Shown: positions 19,162-29,862 of the stretch, in pieces
How the letters are laid out: each line of letters begins with the position of its first letter
Numbering within the stretch: position 1 is the first letter of the stretch
Origin: an uncultured Chloroflexia bacterium
GTDB taxonomy: Bacteria > Chloroflexota > Chloroflexia > Thermomicrobiales > UBA6265
Direction: 5' to 3'
NCBI GenBank assembly: GCA_963724295.1
Contig: CAVRUC010000008.1
Coordinates: 32,001 to 96,000 of the forward strand
Length of the DNA stretch: 64,000 nt
The notes under the pieces: model-generated
What the model saw: the letters and a program-made list of their open reading frames with translations, nothing else
Told to the model about the DNA's origin: nothing
Database searches by the model: none
Translations under genes and position numbers: made by a program

Positions 19162-22100
19162 TCAGTCGGCCGGCAGGGACTCGCTTAGCCGCAACGAAAG
19201 CACCTGCGAAACACCATCGGCGCCCATGCTGACCCCGTAGAGGGTGTCGGCGATCTCGATCGTGCCCCGGTTGTGGGTGACGACGATGATCTGCGACTGC
19301 GCCGCCAGCTCGCGCAGTCGCTCCCGGAAGCGGACCACATTCGCCTCGTCGAGAGCGGCATCGACCTCGTCCAGGAGGCAGAACGGCACCGGATTCACCT
19401 TCAGGATGGCGATCAGCAATGCGGCCGCGGTCAACGCGCGTTCGCCGCCGGAGAGGAGAGCCAGGCTTTGCAATCGCTTGCCCGGCGGTTGGGCGATGAT
19501 GTCGATGCCAGGCTCGGCGCCGTTATCACCCGTGGTCAGCACCAGTTGCGCCGTACCACCACCAAAGAGGGTGGCAAACGCCTCGGCGAACGCGGCGGCC
19601 ACCATGGCGAAGGTCTCGTCGAATCGCGCGCGCATGGTGCGTCGCAGGTCCACCAGCAGGTCCCGGAGCGCGGCGGCAGCCCCTTCGACGTCGGCAAGCT
19701 GCTCGCGCAGATAAGCCTGTTGCGCACTCTCGCGTTCGTAATCGGCGACCGCGTCGTCGCCAACATAACCGACGCGACGCAGACGCTCCCGCAGCCGGGC
19801 AATCTCTGCCTCCCGATCCGCCGTCGGCGGCGTGATGGCGCTCACCGACCAGGTGAGCACCTCTTCCACGTTTGCCAGGTCGAGGTCATCGCCGATGCGG
19901 TCGCGCAAGATGTCCAGATCCTGCATGGCGCGCTCGAGCGAGAACCCCGCGTGGTCACGCTCCCGGTCGCGCTCGACAAGCGACGCGTGCGCCGCCTGCA
20001 GCGACTCGGCCAGCCGTCCGGCGGCGATCTCGGCGCCCATGGCTTCCATCCGCAACGGCTCACGCTCGTCCGTCGCGGTCGCCAGCGCGGTGATGCTTGC
20101 CGAAACATCGCTGGAGAGCCGCGCGTGATCGGCGCTCAGCGCCTCGCGCTCGCGATCCAGCGCGGCGCCCCGTTCGGTACGAAGAGCTAATTCCTCGGCG
20201 AGGGCGCGTTCCTGAGACTTGAGACCAGCTTCCCGGCGCCGCTCGCCGCGCAGCCGCTCTTCCAGTCCCGCCAGTCGCCGCCCCTCTTCCGCCGCCGCGC
20301 GCTCCACACCCGCGGTCGCCGCCATCAGCGTCGAGAGCTCGGTGGCCGACTCCTCGCGGAGACGGGCCGCCTCTTGCCTGGTTGCTTCGAACCGCTTGCT
20401 CTCGCGGTCGAGCTCTTCCTGCCCAGCCGCCACGCGCTCACACTGGATCGTCAGGTCCTGCCAGCGACGTTGGGACCGCTGCTGCTCGCTCCACAGCTCC
20501 TTGAGCCAGTCTGTCAGCCGCTGCCGCTGTTGCCGCCGCTCTTGCGCCGCGGCGCCTAGCGCGGCGCGTTCGTCCTCAGCGTTCCGCTTCGCATCCAGGA
20601 CGGCGCTCACCGCCGCATCGGCGTGTTCCGCTCGATCACGAGCCGCCGCCAGATCGCGCTCGAGCAACGCAATCGCGTCGGGGAGCTCTCTCAGCTCACG
20701 TTCTCGGGCCAGCGTCCCGCTCCCGGCCGCGGCGGATCCACCAGTCACCGAGCCACCGGCGCGGGCGATCTCGCCGGTAATGGTGACGACACTCCAACCC
20801 GCTGGAAGGTGACCCAACGCCGATCGCGCGGTGTCCAGGTCGTCGGCGACCAGCGTCCGTCCCAGCAGCGCGGCAACAACCGGGGTCACGTGCGCGGGCG
20901 CGGAAACCAGATGCGCGGCCACGCCCAGAACCCCGGGTAGCTCTTGCGCCTCGGTCGCGTGTGTCCTGGCTCGGTCCGCTCGCACGGTTTCGAGCGGTTG
21001 AAAGGTGGCGCGTCCCGCGCCCGATTGCTTCAGGTGGGCGATGGCAGCCTCGGCGTCCGCCCATTTGGACACCACGATGTCCTGGAGACGGCTCCCCAGA
21101 GCGACCTCGATGGCGACTTCGAGAGACTCCGGAACCACCAGCAGCTCGGCCACCGTGCCCAGAATGCCTTCGAGCCGACCGTCGCGTCCCGCCGCCAGCG
21201 CTTCCCGCACGCCGCCATGCAGACCGGCGCCGCTCTCGTGCATCCTCTGCAGCACCTCCAGCCGCGTCGACGCGTCTCCCAGAGCGCGATGCAGCCGCTC
21301 GGCGTCGGCCTCGGTTGAGGTGGCATGGCTCGCCGCCAGCTCCAGATCACGCGACAGTTCGGTGATTCGCGCCTCGAGCGCGGCGATCCGCTCGGCGTCG
21401 GCATGAGCGGCGGCATCCGCCTGCGCGGCGTCGGCCTCGAGCGTCTCTATCCGGCTTGCGCGTTCGTCGATGGCCCCGCGTAAGCGCTCGTGCTCGGCGG
21501 TCAGCGATTCTCCGCGCTCGACGAGGACCGCGCGCTCGCGCGCCAGCTCCGCCGCCAGCCGCTCACTCTCGGTCAGCTCTCGCATCGCCGTGGCGAGGCG
21601 CGCTTCCAGCGCCGCCCGCGCCTGACGCTGGGTGGTCAGATCCCGAGCGTGCCGAGCGGCGGCATCGCGCGATTCCGTGGTGGCTCGCTCGAGGTCGCGC
21701 AATTCGGATTGGAGCTTCGCCAGTTCCGCCAGCACGCTGGCCACGCGCTCGTCGAGCCCCACGCGGGCGTCGTCCATGTCGGCGCGCCGCTTGCTCAACG
21801 CCTCGAACCGGGCCGCGGCCAGATCGCGCTCGTGTGTCTGACGCCGCAGCCGGTCTTCCAGCGCCGCGCGATGCTCGTCGTGTTGGGCCAGCAGCTCGCG
21901 CGCGGCGGTGAGCCGGGTGGTGGCGCGTTCTCCGGCCGCGGCAAGCCTGGCGACTTCCGCGTGCGCGGCTTCGACCGCACGCGCGGCGTTTTCCGCCTCG
22001 GCCTGGGCTACGGCGAGCGTGGCCATAGCGGCTTCGAGCGCCTCGCGGTAGTGGGCTCCCTGCAGGTCGCGCAGGCGGTTGCGAATGCTCTGCCACTCTT

Positions 22101-22758
22101 TGGCCTGCCGTGCGGCGCGCTCCAGCGATCTCAGGCGCGGTTCCAACTCGATCAGCAAGTCGCTCAACCGCGTGGTATTGGCGTCCGTCTCGGCCAGGTT
22201 GCGCTCGGCCTCGGCGACTTTGAGCCGTAGACCCGACAGGTCCGCCGCATGCTCGAAGAGACCGCGCCGCTCCTCGGCGCGCAGGCTCAGCGCGGCATCG
22301 ACCAGACCCTGTCCCACGACTACGTGGCTCTGGCCGAGTCCCGCGGTGAGCAAGGCAACGTCCTTCAGGCGCACCCGGCGACCGTTGATGAGGTACTGGT
22401 TCTCACCGGAGCGGAATGCGCGGCGAGTGATCGAGACTTCGGCGTACTCGATCGGAAGCCACCCGTCGGCGTTGTCGAAGGTGAGCGTTGCCTCGGCCAT
22501 GCCGGCCGGGGCCCGGCCGTGGCCGCCGCTGAAGATGACGTCCTCGGTCTTCCTGGCGCGTAGCGCGTGCTGCCCCTGCTCGCCCAGGACCCAGCGCACC
22601 GCGTCGGCCACGTTCGACTTGCCGCTCCCGTTCGGGCCCACGATCCCGGTGATCCCGGGCTCGAACGCGAAGACAGTGCGATTGAGGAAGCTCTTGAAGC
22701 CCTGGATTTCGAGGCGGGTCAAACGGGGAGCGCGAAAGAGGGTCTCGTCGTCGGTCAT
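19162..22758 (-). CDS. smc: Chromosome segregation protein SMC
   Basis: GFKSF, Walker A GPNGSGKS, long coiled coils, hinge GRATFQPL, LSGGE, LDEVDAALD, THNR. Confidence 0.96.
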   Translation of the reverse strand: MTDDETLFRAPRLTRLEIQGFKSFLNRTVFAFEPGITGIVGPNGSGKSNVADAVRWVLGEQGQHALRARKTEDVIFSGGHGRAPAGMAEATLTFDNADGWLPIEYAEVSITRRAFRSGENQYLINGRRVRLKDVALLTAGLGQSHVVVGQGLVDAALSLRAEERRGLFEHAADLSGLRLKVAEAERNLAETDANTTRLSDLLIELEPRLRSLERAARQAKEWQSIRNRLRDLQGAHYREALEAAMATLAVAQAEAENAARAVEAAHAEVARLAAAGERATTRLTAARELLAQHDEHRAALEDRLRRQTHERDLAAARFEALSKRRADMDDARVGLDERVASVLAELAKLQSELRDLERATTESRDAAARHARDLTTQRQARAALEARLATAMRELTESERLAAELARERAVLVERGESLTAEHERLRGAIDERASRIETLEADAAQADAAAHADAERIAALEARITELSRDLELAASHATSTEADAERLHRALGDASTRLEVLQRMHESGAGLHGGVREALAAGRDGRLEGILGTVAELLVVPESLEVAIEVALGSRLQDIVVSKWADAEAAIAHLKQSGAGRATFQPLETVRADRARTHATEAQELPGVLGVAAHLVSAPAHVTPVVAALLGRTLVADDLDTARSALGHLPAGWSVVTITGEIARAGGSVTGGSAAAGSGTLARERELRELPDAIALLERDLAAARDRAEHADAAVSAVLDAKRNAEDERAALGAAAQERRQQRQRLTDWLKELWSEQQRSQRRWQDLTIQCERVAAGQEELDRESKRFEATRQEAARLREESATELSTLMAATAGVERAAAEEGRRLAGLEERLRGERRREAGLKSQERALAEELALRTERGAALDREREALSADHARLSSDVSASITALATATDEREPLRMEAMGAEIAAGRLAESLQAAHASLVERDRERDHAGFSLERAMQDLDILRDRIGDDLDLANVEEVLTWSVSAITPPTADREAEIARLRERLRRVGYVGDDAVADYERESAQQAYLREQLADVEGAAAALRDLLVDLRRTMRARFDETFAMVAAAFAEAFATLFGGGTAQLVLTTGDNGAEPGIDIIAQPPGKRLQSLALLSGGERALTAAALLIAILKVNPVPFCLLDEVDAALDEANVVRFRERLRELAAQSQIIVVTHNRGTIEIADTLYGVSMGADGVSQVLSLRLSESLPAD

Positions 22759-22888
22759 CGCGGCGGAGCCCTTGGGAACGACACGGGTGTTGGCACTGGA
22801 TGTGCCTGCCCGGCACAGGACGGATGGTACCATCGCCCGCCGGACCGGACAACGAGCCCGGCCAGGCTGATGTGGAGGAGGCTCGCGA

Positions 22889-24196
22889 GTGACCGACACT
22901 CGAACCGCAACCCGTGGCGGACGGCGCGGCAGCCTGCGAGTGCTCCAGCCACCGCGATTGCGACTTGGGCTTTCCACCGGCGCGCTTTATCCCACGCCCA
23001 CCGAAGACGTTCCAGACGTGGCCGCTCGCGCCGGACTGTTCGATCTGGAGATCATGCTCCAGACGCCTGGCGAATACGGCGCCGGCTTCATCCGGGAGCT
23101 CGCCACGCGCTGCCGAAACGCCGGGTCCCGCGTGCACGCGGTCCATCTCTGGCAGCAGCTGCATCCCCTGCTCTCGCCCTATGCGCGACGGGCGCGCGAG
23201 GGCCGTACCCTGTTCGCGCGCGCAATCGACGGTGCGGTCGAGCTGGGGGCAAAGGTCATCGTCTGGCATGGCCCCAAGCAGACCGAGATGAGGACACCGG
23301 CGGCCTACCCGCATTTCATCGACGCGGCCACGGACCGTGGCGCGGCCTGCGCCGCGGCCGGGCTGCGTCTGGCTGTCGAGAACGTCTCCTGGTGCGCGTT
23401 AGCCTCGGTGCGGGATGTTCTTGCCTTCTCGGCGAGCATGAAGGAGCTCGATCCCCGCGCGGAGCGGGTCGGCTTCGCTTTCGACCCGTTCCAGGCCGAG
23501 GAGGCGGGCGCGAACCCGTTCATGGTGCTGTCCGCGATGGAGAATCGCGTCTTCGACGTCCATCTCAGCGATCGCCGCAATGGCGATCCCGATACCCGGC
23601 ATCTGTCGCCGGGCGAAGGGGATCTCCCCTGGCCGGCGCTGCTGCGCGCGATTTCCGGGGTGTACTCCGGCCCGCTGATGCTGGAGGGAGTCGTCGGCGA
23701 GGACCTGGCGCGGATCGATGCCACACGCCGTCTGCTCGATCCGGTGTTGCGAGACGTCCTCCAGGAGAGTCGCACTCCGTGCGAGGCCAATCCCCCGGCC
23801 GGGTTGCTGGAAGGTATCCGGCTGTTCAATGAGGGCGAATACTACGAGTGCCATGAGGCGATCGAGCACGAATGGCATGCCGAGACCCGGCCCATCCGCC
23901 GGCTCTATCAAGGCATCTTGCAGATCGGCGTCGGGCTCCTCCACGCGCAACGCGGCAATCACAGCGGGGCACTGATGCTCCTGGCGGACGGTATCGACAA
24001 GACCTCGGAGTTCGCACCCGCCTGTCTCGGCATCGATACCGGCCGGTTGGCCGTCGAGGGCCAGGCGGCCCTCGACCAGTTTCGCGAGCTGGGACCCGAG
24101 CGCCTGGGCGAGTTCGACTTTGCCGCGGCGCCACAGGTCCGGTTCGTAGCGAAGGACGCACCAGCCGGAGCCAACCGTGAAACCCAGGGCTCGTGA
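22889..24196 (+). CDS. Fusion of a sugar-phosphate isomerase/AP endonuclease 2 TIM barrel with a C-terminal DUF309 domain
   Basis: VEN, FD, VHLSD, PGEG.LPW, MLE metal motifs, then GIRLFNEGEYYECHEAIEHEW..YQGILQ (DUF309). Confidence 0.78.
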   Translation: MTDTRTATRGGRRGSLRVLQPPRLRLGLSTGALYPTPTEDVPDVAARAGLFDLEIMLQTPGEYGAGFIRELATRCRNAGSRVHAVHLWQQLHPLLSPYARRAREGRTLFARAIDGAVELGAKVIVWHGPKQTEMRTPAAYPHFIDAATDRGAACAAAGLRLAVENVSWCALASVRDVLAFSASMKELDPRAERVGFAFDPFQAEEAGANPFMVLSAMENRVFDVHLSDRRNGDPDTRHLSPGEGDLPWPALLRAISGVYSGPLMLEGVVGEDLARIDATRRLLDPVLRDVLQESRTPCEANPPAGLLEGIRLFNEGEYYECHEAIEHEWHAETRPIRRLYQGILQIGVGLLHAQRGNHSGALMLLADGIDKTSEFAPACLGIDTGRLAVEGQAALDQFRELGPERLGEFDFAAAPQVRFVAKDAPAGANRETQGS

Positions 24197-24957
24197 TCGA
24201 ACCGCCCGCGGATCAGCCCTCGGTTGTCGTCGTCGTTCCGACCTATAACGAGCGGCCCAACATCGACACGCTGATCCACAGCGTGCTCGAACTGGGTCCG
24301 CGCTTCCGCGTCGTGGTCGTCGACGATAGCTCGCCCGACGGCACCGGTGTTCTGGCCGACGCGCTGGCGGCCGCTCATCCCGGACGCATTGAGGTCATCC
24401 ATCGCGCGGTGAAGGGCGGTCTCGGTCCAGCCTATATCGCCGGATTCCGCCAGGCACTGGCGCTGGAGCCCGATCTCATCGCTCAGATGGATGCCGACCT
24501 CTCCCACGATCCGGCCGCGCTGCCGCGCCTCGTGGCGGCGGCCCGCGACGCCGATCTGGTCGTCGGCTCGCGATACGTGGCGGGAGGAGGGACCACTGGC
24601 TGGCCGCTCTGGCGACGGTTCTTGAGCCGCATGGGCGGAAGGTACGCCAGCGCCGTGCTCGGTGCTCCGGTGAGCGATCTGACCAGTGGCTTCAAGGTCT
24701 GGCGGCCCGCCACGTTGCAGCGCATCGGGATCGACGGTCTGCGATCCGATGGCTACGCCTTCACGATCGAAGCCACCTGGCGGGCTTTCAACCAGGGAGC
24801 CCGCGTCGTCGAGGTCCCCATCGTCTTTGCGGACCGAGTCGCCGGAGCATCCAAATTGTCACGGCGGATCGTGATCGAAGCCGCGCTGCTGGTCTGGAAG
24901 CTGCGCTGGGAGGCGCGGTCGTCCCTGTCCAGGGCGAAGACGAACCCGTTGTGCTGA
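24193..24957 (+). CDS. Polyprenol monophosphomannose synthase (GT2, DPM1/Ppm1-like)
   Basis: VPTYNE, VDDSSPDGT, GLGPAY, MDADLSH, GSRY, DLTSGF, GASK. Confidence 0.9.
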   Translation: MIEPPADQPSVVVVVPTYNERPNIDTLIHSVLELGPRFRVVVVDDSSPDGTGVLADALAAAHPGRIEVIHRAVKGGLGPAYIAGFRQALALEPDLIAQMDADLSHDPAALPRLVAAARDADLVVGSRYVAGGGTTGWPLWRRFLSRMGGRYASAVLGAPVSDLTSGFKVWRPATLQRIGIDGLRSDGYAFTIEATWRAFNQGARVVEVPIVFADRVAGASKLSRRIVIEAALLVWKLRWEARSSLSRAKTNPLC

Positions 24958-24999
24958 CGAATTCAATGACGGATATCGAAAGATCGAAAGGATGATGTC

Positions 25000-25785
25000 G
25001 TGTCGAACGTGAAGGTCGGCGTTCAGATCCCTCCCCAACATGCCTCGGTGCCCCAGCTGCGAGAAGCCTGGCGCCATGCCGACGACCTTGGTGTCGATTC
25101 CATCTGGACCTGGGACCACTTTTTCCCACTCTCCGGCGATCCTGAGGGGACACACTTCGAGGGGTGGACGCTCCTCGCCGCCATGGCCGAATCGACGCGG
25201 CGCGCCACCATCGGCCCCCTCGTCAGCTGCAACTCCTATCGCAATCCGAATCTGACCGCGGACATGGCACGCACCATCGACCATATCTCGGGGGGACGCT
25301 TCATTCTTGGCATCGGCAGCGGATGGAAAGAGCTCGACTACGATGAGTACGGCTATGACTTCAAGGACGCACCGGCTCGCTTGCGGGACCTGGCGGCGGC
25401 GCTGCCCGTCATCGAGGAACGGCTCGGCAAACTGAACCCGGGGCCGGTGAACGGCCATCTACCGATCATGATTGGTGGCAGCGGCGAGAAGGTCACGCTG
25501 CGACTGGTGGCTCAGCACGCGGACATCTGGAACGGCTTCGGGATGCCCGAGGAGGCCGGCCGCTTGAGCCGCGTCCTCGACGACTGGTGCGCCAGGGTGG
25601 GGCGCGACCCGGCGACGATCGAACGGTCGATCCTCTTCAGTGAAACGAGCCGCGCCGCGCTCGGCGACGAGTACCTGCGCCACGGCATCACCCACCTGAT
25701 CGTCCAGATCAGCGCTCCAGACTTCGACTTCGCCCCGGTGGAGCAGCTGCTGGTCTGGCGGGACCGCGTCCGGGGTGCCGGGTGA
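25000..25785 (+). CDS. LLM-class (probably F420-dependent) oxidoreductase
   Basis: [33 protein letters not shown]. Confidence 0.88.
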   Translation: MSNVKVGVQIPPQHASVPQLREAWRHADDLGVDSIWTWDHFFPLSGDPEGTHFEGWTLLAAMAESTRRATIGPLVSCNSYRNPNLTADMARTIDHISGGRFILGIGSGWKELDYDEYGYDFKDAPARLRDLAAALPVIEERLGKLNPGPVNGHLPIMIGGSGEKVTLRLVAQHADIWNGFGMPEEAGRLSRVLDDWCARVGRDPATIERSILFSETSRAALGDEYLRHGITHLIVQISAPDFDFAPVEQLLVWRDRVRGAG

Positions 25786-25921
25786 GTCGACTCCCGGCGA
25801 ACGGCGCGATGCGGCACGCTTCGCATTCGGAGTAGAGTTGAGAAACTGAGACCGCCGTGGGACGCGAGCGTCCAGGGTGGTCGATCCCGACGCCTCGCGC
25901 GTTTGTTTTCAGGAGCCCCAC

Positions 25922-27799
25922 GTGACTGACATGACAGCGACCGACCCCACCGCGGATGCGGCTACCGAACCGGATGGCGCTTTGCCGCGGGAAGCCGAGA
26001 CCGACGACGGTCCAACCTTTGAGCAGCTAGGCCTCAACACCGCACTTCTGAAATCGATCAAGGACGTCGGCTACGAGGCTCCCACGCCAATTCAGATCGA
26101 GGTCCTACCCGCGCTCCTTGCCGGCCGGGACGTGATTGCTCAGGCCCAAACCGGATCGGGCAAGACGGCCGCGTTCGGGTTGCCCATCATCGAGGTCATC
26201 AATCCCAAGCAGCGGTCGGTTCAGGCGCTGATCCTCGCCCCAACCCGGGAGCTCGCGATTCAGGTGGCTGAGGCGCTCCACAAATATGGCCGCCACAAGG
26301 ACGTCGAGACATTGCCCATCTACGGCGGTCAACCGTACGAGCGGCAGTTCCGTGGTCTTCAGCGCGGCGTGCAGATCGTGGTCGGCACGCCGGGGCGGGT
26401 CATGGACCATATGCGCCGGGGCACGCTGAAACTGGATGACATTCGCTTTTTCGTCCTCGACGAGGCGGACGAGATGCTCGACATGGGTTTCATCGAGGAC
26501 ATCGAGTGGATCCTGGAGCAGGCTCCGGCCGAACGCCAGATGGCGCTCTTCTCGGCCACCATTCCGCCGCGCATCGCCCATCTCGCCTCTCGCTACATGC
26601 GCGAACCGCAGCGGATCACGGTTGCCGGCAAGGAGATGACGGTACCGCAGGTCCGTCAATCGTCGTATGAGGTGCCCCGCGCGCGCAGGGTCGACGCCCT
26701 GACCCGGATTCTGGACGCCGAAACACCGCAGTCGGCGATGATCTTCTGCCGCACCAAGGCGGGAGTCGACCAGCTTGGCGAGGCGCTCATGGCTCGCGGC
26801 TACGGGGTCGAGACCATTCATGGCGACCTCTCGCAGGCGCAACGCGATCGGGTCATGCGCCGCTTCCGGAGCGGTCAGGCCGAAGTGCTGATCGCCACCG
26901 ACGTGGCCGCCCGCGGGCTGGATATCCCCGATGTCTCGCACGTGATCAATTACGACATCCCGGAGAGTGCCGAGGCCTATGTGCACCGTATTGGTCGCAC
27001 GGGACGCGCGGGTCGGGCAGGCGAGGCGATCACTCTGATCACGCCGCGCGAGGTGCGCTGGCTGCGTCAGATCGAACGCATCACGCGCGCCCGCATCGAG
27101 CCCCGCCGCCTGCCCACGCTGGCCGACGTAGCCGAGCGCCGTCGCGACGCGCTGAAGCAGCAGATTCGCGCCGTGCTCGATGCTCAGGACGACGGCTATG
27201 CCGGGTATCTCGACACCATCAACGACCTGGCCGATGAGCATGACTCCGCCGAGATCGCCGCCGCGATCCTCAAGCTCTACGCGGAGGAAACCGGCCGCAC
27301 GACGACACCCGAGCAGCAGGAAGATGACATCGCCACCTTTGCCGCGGTCGCGCCCCCGGCTCGCGGTCCCCGTGGCGAAGCGGGAATGGTTCGCCTGTTC
27401 CTCAACGTCGGCCGCAATCAGGGGGCGCGGCCACAGGATTTCGTCGGAGCCATCGCCAACGAGGCCGGGATTCCCGGGCGTGCTATCGGCGCCATCGACA
27501 TCTTCGACGACTACACCTTCGTCGACATACCGCGCGAGTTCGTCGACCGCGTGCTGGCGGCGATGCGCGGCGCCAAGATCAAGGGACGCCCGGTCAACGC
27601 CGACGTCGCCCGGATGGACGGCGCTCCGGGCTCGCGCGACCGGGGAGGCCGGGGGCCGGCGCCGTCGGGACGGCCACCCTTCGTCGGCGGCGGCCGCGTC
27701 AACCGCGACGGCGACAATCGCCCGCCTCGCCGTTACGAGCGCTCCGACCGCCCGGAGCGGAGCGGGTCGCCTCGCTTCCGCACGCGCCGCGACGGCTAG
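25922..27799 (+). CDS. deaD: DEAD-box RNA helicase with DbpA RNA-binding domain (DeaD/CsdA-type)
   Basis: Q motif, AQTGSGKT, PTRELA, DEAD, SAT, ARGLD, HRIGRTGR, GAIANEAG domain, Arg/Gly tail. Confidence 0.93.
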   Translation: MTDMTATDPTADAATEPDGALPREAETDDGPTFEQLGLNTALLKSIKDVGYEAPTPIQIEVLPALLAGRDVIAQAQTGSGKTAAFGLPIIEVINPKQRSVQALILAPTRELAIQVAEALHKYGRHKDVETLPIYGGQPYERQFRGLQRGVQIVVGTPGRVMDHMRRGTLKLDDIRFFVLDEADEMLDMGFIEDIEWILEQAPAERQMALFSATIPPRIAHLASRYMREPQRITVAGKEMTVPQVRQSSYEVPRARRVDALTRILDAETPQSAMIFCRTKAGVDQLGEALMARGYGVETIHGDLSQAQRDRVMRRFRSGQAEVLIATDVAARGLDIPDVSHVINYDIPESAEAYVHRIGRTGRAGRAGEAITLITPREVRWLRQIERITRARIEPRRLPTLADVAERRRDALKQQIRAVLDAQDDGYAGYLDTINDLADEHDSAEIAAAILKLYAEETGRTTTPEQQEDDIATFAAVAPPARGPRGEAGMVRLFLNVGRNQGARPQDFVGAIANEAGIPGRAIGAIDIFDDYTFVDIPREFVDRVLAAMRGAKIKGRPVNADVARMDGAPGSRDRGGRGPAPSGRPPFVGGGRVNRDGDNRPPRRYERSDRPERSGSPRFRTRRDG

Positions 27800-27866
27800 C
27801 CGTCCAAACTGGCGCGTCCGCGGCGTGGAGGAACTGAAGCGAGCGGGACGCCGGGAAGACTCGCGC

Positions 27867-28853
27867 TTACAGCAGCGTCGTTCCGGTCGCGAACAGCGAC
27901 GGCCCGCCGCCGGTGTGAAGAAAGACGACGGCCTCGTCCGGGTCGAGGTCTCTGGCGCGGGCGTGGCTGATCAGGGCGGCCATGGCCTTGCCGGAGTAGA
28001 CCGGATCGAGGAAGACGGCCTCGGTCCGGGCCAGGAGACGGATCGCCTCGGTCCCCTCCTCAGTCGGAACACCGTAGTCGGCGCCGATGAATCCACCATC
28101 GATCGCGATATCGGCGGCATCGAAGCACTGGTCGAGACCAAGCAGCGTAGCGGTGCCATTGGCCAGCGCTGCGCCGTCGGCGATGAGCTGCTCGACCGGG
28201 TGCTCGACGGCGACGCCATAGACGACGAACGGCGCCGAGAATGCCCGCGCCCCGACGACGAGACCGGCCTGCGTCCCCATTGACCCGGTCGCGAAATAGA
28301 GGCGGTGCGGCGCCTCGCCGGCCATCGTTAATTGCGCCAGCAGCTCGGCGACCATGTTCACGTACCCGGCTGCCCCAATCGGCACGCTGCCTCCGGTCGA
28401 GATCAGGTAGGGTCGCTCGCCGGCCGCGCGCAGCTCGTCGCCGATCGAGGCCATGAGCGCGGTGCGAGCCGTCTTGTCGGGGACGATGCGAACCTCCGCG
28501 CCTAGCAGATGGTCGAGCAGCAGGTTGCCGACAACGTCTGAGCCCTGGCGCGCGTCGAGCACCAAAACGCTGCACAGCCCGGCGATTACCGCGGCGGCCG
28601 CAGTGAGGCGGGCATGGTTCGACTGCACCGGGCCTTCGGTCACCACTATCGTGGCCTCGTTGGCGAGAGCATCGGCCAGGAGGTATTCGAGCTTTCGCGC
28701 CTTGTTGCCGCCAAAGGCAAGTCCGGTGAGATCGTCGCGTTTGAGATAGATGCGCGGGCAGCGGGAACCGAGTGTTGCCTCCAGGTTGCGCACCCGGTGC
28801 AGCGGCGTGGGAAGTGTTGTCAGTGGATATCGAGGGAGCGTCGCGAGCCGCAT
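27867..28853 (-). CDS. D-cysteine desulfhydrase family PLP enzyme
   Basis: KRDD, GGNKARKLEY, QSNH, DPVYSGK, HTGG (ACC deaminases have DPVYEG and HLGG). Confidence 0.85.
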   Translation of the reverse strand: MRLATLPRYPLTTLPTPLHRVRNLEATLGSRCPRIYLKRDDLTGLAFGGNKARKLEYLLADALANEATIVVTEGPVQSNHARLTAAAAVIAGLCSVLVLDARQGSDVVGNLLLDHLLGAEVRIVPDKTARTALMASIGDELRAAGERPYLISTGGSVPIGAAGYVNMVAELLAQLTMAGEAPHRLYFATGSMGTQAGLVVGARAFSAPFVVYGVAVEHPVEQLIADGAALANGTATLLGLDQCFDAADIAIDGGFIGADYGVPTEEGTEAIRLLARTEAVFLDPVYSGKAMAALISHARARDLDPDEAVVFLHTGGGPSLFATGTTLL

Positions 28854-28901
28854 CGACAGACTCCGTTCAGTCTCCGGTGTGAACCGCCAGCTGGTCGAGG
28901 G

Positions 28902-29840
28902 TCAAACTCCGTCCCGCACGCGCCCGCCGACGATGCGCACCCCGAGGAGCACCAAAAGCGACGCCAGGAGCAGAACGACGGACAGCAGCAGCGCCGACGA
29001 CATGTCTCCCGCGCCAAACCGGCCGTAGATCGCCAGCGGCATGGTCTGGGTCACCCCGGGAAAGTTGCCGGCAAACATGATGGTGGCTCCGAACTCGCCG
29101 AGGGCTCGTGCCCAGGCAAGAACCGCGCCGGCGATGAGGCTGGGCAGGATGAGTGGCAACGTGACAGTCCGAAACACGTGACCTGGTGTCGCGCCGAGAT
29201 CGGCCGCGGCGGCTTCGACATCGCTATCGACCCGCGCAAACCCCCCTCGGGCGGCAATGACGTAGAACGGAGCGGAGACGAAGACCTGGGCCATCACGAC
29301 GGCAATGGTGGTGAATCCAAGCGTGACTCCACCCTCGGCGAGCCACCGCCCAACCAATCCATTCCGCCCAAAGGCCACGAGCAGGGCGATGCCGGCCACG
29401 GCCGGCGGCAACACGATCGGCAGGTCGACAAGGGCTTCGACCGCGGCGGCACCGGGGAAGCGTCGCCGCGCCAGCAGGTAGGCCAGCGGCGTCCCTAGGA
29501 TGACAACGATGGCCATCGTCGTCGCCGTGGTCACCATGCTCAGCCCGAGCGCTTGACGCAGGATGTCGTACGTCCGCGCGTCCCAGGCAGATCCTGAGCC
29601 CAGCGCGCGGATAACCAGCGCGCCGACCGGTATGGCCAGGAACAGGAGGAGAAGGAGGGCAAGCGCCCAGACGGCTATGCCGCCCGCGCGACTGCCTGCA
29701 CCGCCTGTCGCTCTCCTGGTACCGACGTCCCCGGCAGGGCGCGTCGCCAGTTCGCCAGCCACATTGCCCGGAGTACTGGCACGGCGTAGCTCGCGTGCCG
29801 ACGCCTGGATCGCAGGATCGCCTGTTGACTTAGCCGTCAA
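28902..29840 (-). CDS. modB: Molybdate ABC transporter permease (start uncertain)
   Basis: DLPIVLPPAVAG, EAAAADLGA, WARALGEFGATIMFAGN..TQTMPLAIY. Confidence 0.9.
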   Translation of the reverse strand: MTAKSTGDPAIQASARELRRASTPGNVAGELATRPAGDVGTRRATGGAGSRAGGIAVWALALLLLLFLAIPVGALVIRALGSGSAWDARTYDILRQALGLSMVTTATTMAIVVILGTPLAYLLARRRFPGAAAVEALVDLPIVLPPAVAGIALLVAFGRNGLVGRWLAEGGVTLGFTTIAVVMAQVFVSAPFYVIAARGGFARVDSDVEAAAADLGATPGHVFRTVTLPLILPSLIAGAVLAWARALGEFGATIMFAGNFPGVTQTMPLAIYGRFGAGDMSSALLLSVVLLLASLLVLLGVRIVGGRVRDGV

Positions 29841-29862
29841 CGACTTGCTTCTCCCACCGGCG

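Noticed and set aside
19162..22758. Wadjet/MksB or other defence SMC
   Set aside because: Canonical hinge-containing housekeeping SMC with no jet/mks partner genes
27867..28853. ACC deaminase
   Set aside because: Has Ser and Thr (DPVYSGK, HTGG) where true ACC deaminases have Glu and Leu
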